Positions 57,101 to 64,000 of a stretch of DNA of 64,000 bases are shown here, one piece after another (within the stretch, counting starts at the first letter, position 1; each line of letters starts with the position of its first letter). Source of the DNA: an uncultured archaeon (GTDB taxonomy: Archaea > Aenigmatarchaeota > Aenigmatarchaeia > QMZP01); the NCBI GenBank assembly GCA_964555875.1, contig CAZKUD010000004.1, positions 3,580-67,579 on the forward strand, written 5' to 3'. Made by a program: the position numbers and the translations under genes. Under the pieces are notes generated by a model. That model did not search any database. It worked only from the letters and a program-made list of their open reading frames with translations, and was not told where the DNA came from.

Positions 57101-60100
57101 GTGGACGTGCCTCCCTTCTGCCAGCAGACTGTCGGGTCGCAGCAGTCTATGTAGTCGGTGTAGCCCGTGCTGTACGGGGTGGATGCGTCCTGGTCATTGT
57201 CGAACAGGTCTGCGCATGCTGTCCTCCAGGGGTAGAATGACTCATGGGTGGCGTTGCTGAAGCCAGCCCCCTCCTGGTACTCGCACAGGTTGGTCATGTC
57301 CTGGTAGTCGCCGGGCTTCAGGTCGCAGTCGGCGTCCGCGCAGTCGTACCCGTCCTGGGCGTCGTTGTTGAAGCAGTCGTAGCAGGTGAGCTCCAGGCCG
57401 TACTCGCAATAGGCGTTCCCTGAGGTGCAGTTTGTGCCGCCTATGAACCCGTCGCAGTCCTGGTCAGCGCAGTTGGGGTAGTAGTCCAGGTCGTTGTCGG
57501 GCACGTATCCGCTCACTGCCGGGTCAGAGCATGGCGCGGATATTGTCCCTGACATCTCCTCTGTCTCGTTCCAGTTGGTGGGTGCCGAGGAGCTTACTAT
57601 TATGGGCACGTCGTAGATTATCAGGTTGGAGCCGTACTGAGTTATGGAGACCGTTATGTTGTGCTCGCCAGAAGACCATCCGCTGGTCAGGTTGACGTAC
57701 ATGACCATGTCTATGTCGCCTGTGTAGCCTGATGCGTCCTCCGCCTTGTAGGTCACGTTCTGGCCGCCTGACTGGGCTATCTGGTCGCTTGTGAGGTTAT
57801 GAGAGCCCGGTGCAGGGTACTTGCCGTACGAAACGAATCCGTCATCGAGGTCTGTCAGGGCGAAGGCTATCGGCTGTCCGGTGGAGTAGCTGCCCCCGTC
57901 GAACCTGAACTTCAGCGTGCCGCCGTTCTGGACGTACCTGGTGTAATAGTATGTCGTGGAGTGCCCGCCCACTGTCTTGGTCTCCCAGCATATGCCGTTC
58001 GAGCATGTCCCCCCGAACGGGTCGTCGACTGGCGTATGGTTGGCGCAGGAGTAGGTTATGCCTCCGCAGTACTGGTCACCGCAGTCCGACAGGACGTTCC
58101 CGTCATTGTCCTGGCCGTCATGGCACCAGCCCTCTATGTTGACGCCCCTGCTCATTGCCACCGCGAAGGCTACGTCACCGGAGTAGTCGCACCTGTAGGT
58201 GTTGTTGAAGAACACCTTGTCGAACTGGAGGAAGCAGTCGAGCGCCCTGTAGGCGTCGTCGCCTATGTCGTCGAACCTGTTCCAGGTGTTCCCGTGGACG
58301 AATATCTTCTTGCCCAGCCAGGGCTCCCTCCCGTAGTCTGTAGCGTTGGTGTACAGGAGCCCCCTCCCTGAATTGTACAGGGAGCAATTGTGCACCCACC
58401 AGGGAGAGGTCTTGTTGTAGGAGTCCGAGAAGCTCATGTTGTGGTTAAGGTATTCCTGGCCGTTGCTCACGCTGCTGCCAAGCGTCTTGTTCAGGTAAAG
58501 CATGCTGCCGTTGGACATCTCTATCTCGCACTCGAGTATGCTGCCCGAAGAGGCGCTGAAGTTTTGGAATGTTATGTTGAAGTCGAACTTGTGCGTGCCC
58601 GGTATGGTCGCATTATAGGGCTCGTAAACGCCCTCCGGGAAGCTTATGTTGAGCCAGGCCACCACAGTCGTCAGGTTGGCTGGGTACGGGCCCAGGTCGT
58701 TGACGAACCCTGTCACGTTGGCCCCGTTGGTTGCGTTGTAGGGATACTGTGAGCCGTAGTCCCCGAAACCGTCGCCGTCAGTGTCGAATATCTGCAGGGT
58801 GCTGAGGTCGTCCCACGTGTTGCCCTCGTGTTGGTAGCCCTGGGGCTTGGATGTGTTTGTCCTGTAGAACATGTTGCCTGAAACTGAGCCAGCATGGTAG
58901 CCAATGCTTCCGGTGAAATTGTTGGAGTAGAGCACGTTGCCGACCGAGTTGTCTGTCAGGTTTGCCCCTATCTGGTTTTCCAGGAATGTGTTGTTGCTGA
59001 TGGTGTTGTTTTCAGCGCTGTCCAGGTGTATTCCTATCTGGCTGCTGTCGCGCACGGTGTTGAGGCATACTGAGTTGTTGTCTGCTGAATCCAGCAGTAT
59101 GCCAACAGGGTTCCTTTCCAAGGCGTTGCCGGAAACCGTGATGTTTTCAGCGCTGTCCAGGTAGATGCCGGACTGGCTGCTGTCGCGCACGGTGTTGAGC
59201 CGGATTGAGTTGAAAATTGAGTTGTAGTCATAGATGCCTATGTAATTGTAATCCGCTGTGTTGTTGTACACAGTAATGTTCTCGGAAGTGTCCAGGTAGA
59301 CGCCCTGGGCGTTGGAGCTTACATTATTCTGTTCCAGCGTGCCGTTGTTTGACAGCTCGACAATAACGCCTGAATTGCTGTTGTTGTACAGGGTGTTCTC
59401 CCACACATGGCTGGAGTTGCTGTCATGCAGCATGATGGCATCAGTGAAGTTGAGTATGGTGCAGTTGAAGATGGAAACGTTCTCCTGGCCTGTCACGTTT
59501 ATGGCTATCCCGGAGCCGTCTCCCCTCAGGATGTAGTCGGCGCAGTCGAACGTGATGTTGCTGGCGTTTATTATGAAGCAGTCCCCTGTCACGTTCAGGT
59601 CCTGTATCATGGTGGTGTCGTTGTTTATGAAGCCGCAGCTCAGGTCGCAGACGTTGTCTATCCCGTCAGCGTCGTCGTCCCTTCCCGTGTTCACCTGGCC
59701 CGGGCACATGTCGCACACGAAACCCTGCCCGTACATGCTTATGGTGACGCCCTCTGTCCAGCCGTCCTGGTCGAAGTCTGCCTTGGCGCAGGTCCAGCCC
59801 GTCCCATTGCTGGCCAGGCTGTCGCAGACATAGAATACCCTGGATTCGGAGCTCACCTGGTCGCCGTCCTCGTCCGTTATGTTTACGTAGACCGTGTACA
59901 GCATGTCGATGTTCGGCACTGGTATGGTCCCGTTGCATTCAGCTGCCCCTGAGCCCAGGCTGGTCTTCGTCAGGGTGCCGGAGGAATATACACTGCCCAT
60001 GGCGTCCTGGATGTAATAGTTGCAGGTCCCCGGGAAGCTCCCGTCGCTGGAGGTCTGGAAGCTGGCGCCGAAGCCCATGTCCTCTGTGCTGTAGAAGAAG

Positions 60101-63100
60101 GGCTCTGTCTTGTTTATATTGGTGCTGGTAGAAACGGGCATGACGTTTATCTGGAACGTCCTGCTGCCTCCGTAGGAGCCCAGGTTGTTGGCCCTGTCCC
60201 TGGACCTGGCCCGTACGGTGTAGACGCCGTCGTCCTGGGTGTATGTCGTGGAGTAAGTGCAGTCGCCGTCAGTGTTCGGGAAGGAGGAGCTGTCCAGGTC
60301 GAACTGGCACTGGCATATGCCCGAAGGGTCATTGCTCGCGTTTGCCCTGTACCTTACGGTGCCCCCGTAGGGTATGTTTATCCCGTCAGTGGCATTGACC
60401 GGGCCCGCCTCTATCCTGTGGACTGAAGGCGCCACGTTCTCGTATATGGTGTAGCTGTGGGTCTTGCTGCCTGATTCCGTCCCGCTGCTCAGCTGGTTGC
60501 TTATGGTCACCGGGTAGGATTCTGACTGCGCGCTCTCGTTCCCGCCGCATGTCAGGGATATCGAGAAGCCGTTCAGTGGGGTGGACTGGGAGACGTTTAT
60601 GTCCTGTATGGTTCCCAGGTCGTCACCGCTGGTCACCCACTGGAGGCTGTCTGTCGGGTCTATAAGGGTGCAGTTGGTGGCATTGAAGGGGAAGGGGTCA
60701 GCAGGCGGGGAGGTCTTGCCTATTATCATGGCTATCGCCCAGTAAGTGCCTGTTCCGGTTATGTTTATCGTGAAGTTGTCATAGACATGCAGCCTGTACA
60801 GGTGGTTGGTGTATATGGTGCTGGAGCCCACCCGGGAGTTGCCTGTCCAGGCGGGCACTGTCAGGCACCCCACAGTGGACCAGAGCTTGGGGGAGCATGT
60901 GCCCACTCCATAGCAGTCAGTATCCACACAGTCAATGTAGCCGTCGGCATCATTGTCCAAATCGTCTGAGCAGGTGGTTTCGGTTCCGTGCTCGCACCAT
61001 CCCACGCCGTTGCAGTCGCTGTCGGCGCAGTCAGCCCCTCCCTGCGCATCGTTGTCGAAGCCGTCGAAGCAGCTGGTTTCGGTCCCGTATTCGCATCTCT
61101 CCCCGTTGGCCGTGGAGCCTATCTCCCCTGAGCAGTTTATGTCAGCGCAGTCCTGGCCATCCGTGAAGGAATCCGCAGTGTTGTCATAGTCATCGTCCAG
61201 GCCGTTGGCGCATGAGTCCCAGGTCACGTTCTCCTCCTCCGGGCAGGGGCCGCATCCGTTGAACTGCTGGTAGCAGTCAGAGTCTCCGCAGTCAGTGCCC
61301 CCTGGCCATCCCGCATGGGCGTCCCCGTCATTGTCGAAGCTGTCAGCGCAGAACTGGTAGTGCTGGGCGAGGTTGAACTCGTAAGGATAGCAGACTTGAT
61401 TCGGGTTGGCCGGGTTGGCGACCCCGAGGCAGTCCAGGTCAGCGCAGTCTATGTTGGCCGCTGGCGCGTTGTATGTCATGGACGGGTTGTCCAGGTCGTT
61501 GTCTATGCCGTCGAAGCACTGGGAGGCGTTGAACTGGCCTGTCAGGTTGTAGGCCTCATGGACAGGGCAGGTGTGCGTGGTGTTGGAGACGCCCCTGCAG
61601 TCATAGTCCCTGCAGTCGGCCCCTGTGTTCACGTTGCAGTCGGCGTTGTTGGAGCCGTCGTCATAGTCGTTGTCTATGCCGTCATGGCACCAGCTGCCGA
61701 CCGTGTTGTTGGCGGTATTATTCTCCTGTGCCGGGCAGGGGAAGTTGGAGGTGTCCGTGCTGGTCCCGCCCTTCTGCCAGCAGACGGTGGTGTCGCAGCA
61801 GTCTATGTTGAGCAGCGGGCCGTACGGGGAGGCTGCGTCCTGGTCATTGTCGAACGTGTCCTGGCAGGCGGTCTTCCAGGGGTAGAATGATTCGTGCGTG
61901 GCGTTGCTGAAGCCGGCCCCCTCCTGGTACTCGCAGAGGTTGGTCATGTCCTGGTAGTCCCCGGGCTTCAGGTCGCATTCCGCCTCCGCGCAGTCGTACC
62001 CGTCCTCTGCGTCGTTGTTGAAGCAGTCATAGCATGTGAGCTCCAGCCCGTACTCGCAGTAGGCGTCTCCCCCCGTGCAGTCCGAGCCTCCCACCTGCAG
62101 GTCGCAGTCCTGGTCAGCGCAGTTAGAATAGTAGTCCATGTCGTTGTCCCAGGAGTCAGCGCAGGGGTCGTCTATAACGCCCGCCATCGGGTCGCTCTCG
62201 TTCCAGGCCGTTGGGGAGCTGTCGTTTATGTAGAGGGGGATGTTCTCTATCAGCAGGCTGTCGCCGTACTGCGTTATGGTCAGCTCGAAGGTGGTCTGGC
62301 CTTCCCCGTAGCTGCTCAGGTTGGTGTACAGGACCATGTCTATGTCGCCGGAATAGCTGCTCTGCTCCCAGGCCTTGCATGTTATCCCGCTGGTTGACGT
62401 CTGGGTCAGGTTGTGGGAGCCCGGGCCCGCGTACTTGTCGCAGCCTGTCCAGTTGCCTGACTGGAGGCTGGTTATGGCGAACTCCATTATCCTCCCCTGG
62501 GCGTCGTTGTGGTTGCCTGCATCGAACCTGACCTTCAGGGACTCTGTAGAGCTGTTCCTGACGTACTGGTTGAAGTAATATGTCACAGGGTACCCGCCGA
62601 CAGTGGCTGTCTCGCTGCAGACGCCGTTGCTGCAGACGGCGGTCCCGGAGTAGTTGAAGGCAGGGTCAGGGAGCGACGGGTGGCTGAGGCAGGAGTACGT
62701 TATGCCGCTGCAGTCGTCGTCAGAGCAGTCGGTTGCCGCATCCGTGTCGTCGTCCTGGCCGTTATGGCACCAGCCCTCCACCTGGGCTCCCTGGGACATC
62801 TTGACCGAGAACGTCACGTCTCCCGCCCAGTCGCACCTCCTGGTGTTGTTGAAGTATACCTTGTCGAAGCCCTGGTAGCACGACTGGGCCTTGTAGCCGT
62901 CGTCAGTCTGGGTGTCGAACTTGGTCCAGAAGTTCCCGTGGACGAATATGTTCTTCCGGAGCGGGCTGCCGTAGTCGGATGAGTTGGTGTAAATGGCTGA
63001 ACCTCCCTCGCTGGCCCTCAGGGAGCAGTTGTAGACGTACCATGGCTGGTCCCTGTCTATGTAGCTGCTGTCCCAGTCATTGGCAGTCAGGGTGTAGCTC

Positions 63101-64000
63101 AGGTTGTAAGTCACATTGCTGTAGCTGCTTGACAGCGTCTCGTTCAGGACTAAGGTGGAGTTGTCCGAGCGCCTTATCTGGCACTCGATGTTCTGTCCGG
63201 ATGAACCCGAGAACTCCTGGAAGGTTATGTTGAACTCGGACTTGTGCGTCCCCCATGTCACGCTGGCGTTCTGGGGCTCATAAATACCCTCGGGCCAGGT
63301 TATGTTGATCCAGTATATGACGTCACTTATCAGGACGCCGTTCTTGCTCGTGCTGTATGCGGTGTACTCTGACCTGTCGAACGCCTTGGCCTTGCAGGTC
63401 CAGTTCTCCCCCACCTGCGTCATTGAGCTGTTCAGGGTGCCGGCAATACCAAGCCCTGTGCCGGTTATGGTGTTGGAGAAGCCGCCGTACTTGTAAAGCA
63501 CAGCCGGGACAGAGCCGTAGTCGTCGTCCCTTCCAGTGACGAGGAGGTTATCATGATTGTCAACAGCTATACCGTATCCCATCTCGGTTGAGCCCGGATC
63601 ACCTATGCTCCAGTTCATCACCATGTCGCCTGTGCCGTTGAGTATCAGGACCAGCATGTCCCCTCCGAAGCCGTAGGAAGATGCGTTTCCTGTCACTATG
63701 GTCTGGCCCATGCTGTCTATGGCCACGTCATATGCCAGGTCTGGGCCGGATGAGGTTCCCCAGGTGAACCTCCAGTTCTGGGTTCCGGATGAACTGTAGT
63801 TTGCGACGAATATGTCGCACACTCCCTCGTATCCTATGCTCGTGCAGTTGTCTCCTGTCACTATTATGTTGTCCTGGCTGTCAATAGCAAGGGCATGCGG
63901 GAAGTTGGAGAAGGCCGAGCCCCCGGCAATGAACGGTTCCGACCACATAAGGCTTCCGTTCGGCATGTACTTGTTTATGACCCAGTAATAGTAGGTGCCG
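54184..64000 (-). CDS. giant Cys/Asp-rich surface protein (partial; 5' end beyond window)
   Basis: More than 3270 aa; frame stays open from 63966 to 64000; beta-propeller-like repeats, C.DG.DND.DG..DC.D.DC repeats, right-handed beta-helix, many N-x-S/T sequons. Confidence 0.9.
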   Translation of the reverse strand, partial: GTYYYWVINKYMPNGSLMWSEPFIAGGSAFSNFPHALAIDSQDNIIVTGDNCTSIGYEGVCDIFVANYSSSGTQNWRFTWGTSSGPDLAYDVAIDSMGQTIVTGNASSYGFGGDMLVLILNGTGDMVMNWSIGDPGSTEMGYGIAVDNHDNLLVTGRDDDYGSVPAVLYKYGGFSNTITGTGLGIAGTLNSSMTQVGENWTCKAKAFDRSEYTAYSTSKNGVLISDVIYWINITWPEGIYEPQNASVTWGTHKSEFNITFQEFSGSSGQNIECQIRRSDNSTLVLNETLSSSYSNVTYNLSYTLTANDWDSSYIDRDQPWYVYNCSLRASEGGSAIYTNSSDYGSPLRKNIFVHGNFWTKFDTQTDDGYKAQSCYQGFDKVYFNNTRRCDWAGDVTFSVKMSQGAQVEGWCHNGQDDDTDAATDCSDDDCSGITYSCLSHPSLPDPAFNYSGTAVCSNGVCSETATVGGYPVTYYFNQYVRNSSTESLKVRFDAGNHNDAQGRIMEFAITSLQSGNWTGCDKYAGPGSHNLTQTSTSGITCKAWEQSSYSGDIDMVLYTNLSSYGEGQTTFELTITQYGDSLLIENIPLYINDSSPTAWNESDPMAGVIDDPCADSWDNDMDYYSNCADQDCDLQVGGSDCTGGDAYCEYGLELTCYDCFNNDAEDGYDCAEAECDLKPGDYQDMTNLCEYQEGAGFSNATHESFYPWKTACQDTFDNDQDAASPYGPLLNIDCCDTTVCWQKGGTSTDTSNFPCPAQENNTANNTVGSWCHDGIDNDYDDGSNNADCNVNTGADCRDYDCRGVSNTTHTCPVHEAYNLTGQFNASQCFDGIDNDLDNPSMTYNAPAANIDCADLDCLGVANPANPNQVCYPYEFNLAQHYQFCADSFDNDGDAHAGWPGGTDCGDSDCYQQFNGCGPCPEEENVTWDSCANGLDDDYDNTADSFTDGQDCADINCSGEIGSTANGERCEYGTETSCFDGFDNDAQGGADCADSDCNGVGWCEHGTETTCSDDLDNDADGYIDCVDTDCYGVGTCSPKLWSTVGCLTVPAWTGNSRVGSSTIYTNHLYRLHVYDNFTINITGTGTYWAIAMIIGKTSPPADPFPFNATNCTLIDPTDSLQWVTSGDDLGTIQDINVSQSTPLNGFSISLTCGGNESAQSESYPVTISNQLSSGTESGSKTHSYTIYENVAPSVHRIEAGPVNATDGINIPYGGTVRYRANASNDPSGICQCQFDLDSSSFPNTDGDCTYSTTYTQDDGVYTVRARSRDRANNLGSYGGSRTFQINVMPVSTSTNINKTEPFFYSTEDMGFGASFQTSSDGSFPGTCNYYIQDAMGSVYSSGTLTKTSLGSGAAECNGTIPVPNIDMLYTVYVNITDEDGDQVSSESRVFYVCDSLASNGTGWTCAKADFDQDGWTEGVTISMYGQGFVCDMCPGQVNTGRDDDADGIDNVCDLSCGFINNDTTMIQDLNVTGDCFIINASNITFDCADYILRGDGSGIAINVTGQENVSIFNCTILNFTDAIMLHDSNSSHVWENTLYNNSNSGVIVELSNNGTLEQNNVSSNAQGVYLDTSENITVYNNTADYNYIGIYDYNSIFNSIRLNTVRDSSQSGIYLDSAENITVSGNALERNPVGILLDSADNNSVCLNTVRDSSQIGIHLDSAENNTISNNTFLENQIGANLTDNSVGNVLYSNNFTGSIGYHAGSVSGNMFYRTNTSKPQGYQHEGNTWDDLSTLQIFDTDGDGFGDYGSQYPYNATNGANVTGFVNDLGPYPANLTTVVAWLNISFPEGVYEPYNATIPGTHKFDFNITFQNFSASSGSILECEIEMSNGSMLYLNKTLGSSVSNGQEYLNHNMSFSDSYNKTSPWWVHNCSLYNSGRGLLYTNATDYGREPWLGKKIFVHGNTWNRFDDIGDDAYRALDCFLQFDKVFFNNTYRCDYSGDVAFAVAMSRGVNIEGWCHDGQDNDGNVLSDCGDQYCGGITYSCANHTPVDDPFGGTCSNGICWETKTVGGHSTTYYYTRYVQNGGTLKFRFDGGSYSTGQPIAFALTDLDDGFVSYGKYPAPGSHNLTSDQIAQSGGQNVTYKAEDASGYTGDIDMVMYVNLTSGWSSGEHNITVSITQYGSNLIIYDVPIIVSSSAPTNWNETEEMSGTISAPCSDPAVSGYVPDNDLDYYPNCADQDCDGFIGGTNCTSGNAYCEYGLELTCYDCFNNDAQDGYDCADADCDLKPGDYQDMTNLCEYQEGAGFSNATHESFYPWRTACADLFDNDQDASTPYSTGYTDYIDCCDPTVCWQKGGTSTSDPCPSNESNLAGWCFDGINNDYDDGSNSRSCSQTGGSDCRDYDCRGQTNGTDTCPTNERHNRYGQVNDSQCFDNIDNDLDNPSMTYTGPAANIDCADVDCLGVANPANPNEVCYPYEFNLAQHYQFCNNNYDDDGDNSQGWPNGGTDCTDPDCNRKFGSCGPCPGEENYTWSSCSDGLDNDHMMPTGITDCADINCSGEIGSTANGEACEYGTETSCFDGFDNDAQGGADCADVDCNGVGWCEYGTETSCTDGLDNDADGYYDCADSDCYGVGACPSQGWSTVGCTTIPYTTSPSAVGGTTVSVGHLQRHYVFTNYTVRVVGSGSYNSISIILGDATDPTRYFPYNASNCTMSGTNANKLRYVSTQDQVGRIDHDPGQVGAGNPLNGFDVTLNCGGVSSPQAKTYSISITNSLSDGSPDNGAGTRSPTVYENTPPTVSSVEVGPINSSNFVNIPYGGTIRYRAIPSSDPSGICRCAFDLDGTVVQSSDGNCLYATTYTDDDGSYQLSANATDGADNTGTNGGSRTIGINVMPVPTAASINMTEPFYRSTDGALIGASFRTADSGNFQSAACNAYIEDSSGSVVWSGTLTKTGGSGSTVECNGTVPAPNSDGMYRAYVNVTDEDGDQVSSYKKVFYVCDSLTSRGTGWTCAKADFDQDGWTEGVNTSLYGDPNMVCDMCPNQVNTGQDDDADGIDNICDTQASLLSIWDSGDPAGGGQTIRVGQSVGFYANYTSGGSALTSSSCNISFSDGQYQMSYSIPTALYTFSRSFSSHGTYGWNVTCHRGGYDSKSENDTLTVSGAAVGNLTISLTINNTSNMVYVPGAGAKPASQWGTVWNSPPSYYLASYGSGVLYGLVFAYQNPEFLRYDKTPSSHTMTVALGKDNPLAFLVFTKGDWRAIEEKMGLIKSQQFLEKPSPSFGYGLGLYSTVKSLLGYGNIDVQSDLILNPGTHKLILESNKTGSGYALTVRRG
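55005..63310 (-). repeat. internal ~3.65-kb duplication within the giant protein (copies ~63310-59645 and ~58660-55005)
   Basis: Collinear paralogous blocks from W.NI..PEG.YEP to DDDADGIDN.CD; near-identical DNA stretches such as 61020-61150 vs 56400-56530. Confidence 0.85.

Noticed and set aside
59005..59200. 132-bp-period DNA repeat in the giant gene
   Set aside because: In-frame duplication of beta-helix turns; coding, not a CRISPR or mobile element
55005..63310. Giant-gene duplication as a DGR template/variable repeat pair
   Set aside because: Both copies are in-frame coding, differences are not adenine-specific by eye, and no reverse transcriptase is present in the window

Overview
Gene-dense archaeal chromosome segment, GC-rich by eye. 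Archaeal markers include TBP, fibrillarin, RadB, Lsm, eL15/eL37/eS8/uS15, an ATP-dependent ligase and BHB-intron tRNA. Gene style and content suggest a DPANN archaeon, possibly Aenigmatarchaeota (inference). Most genes are housekeeping, plus a nucleotide-metabolism block (nrdD-nrdG-NDT/Maf-NDT, then intein-containing nrdJ with cobO), Fe-S assembly genes, glycosylation genes and the 3' part of a giant internally duplicated Cys/Asp-rich surface protein. Top observations: (1) a class III ribonucleotide reductase whose N-terminus is an NrdR-type Zn-ribbon plus ATP-cone, with near-consensus NrdR boxes in its own promoter, i.e. a candidate self-repressing RNR; (2) two class I aminoacyl-tRNA synthetases (TrpRS, MetRS) each fused to a B3/4 editing-type domain; (3) a tRNA-Leu(UAA) split by three BHB introns; (4) a dispersed family of intergenic hairpins with a conserved core and covarying stems; (5) small ORFs missed by the ORF track. 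No rRNA, CRISPR array or transposase was seen. All calls come from manual motif recognition; no database searches were run.
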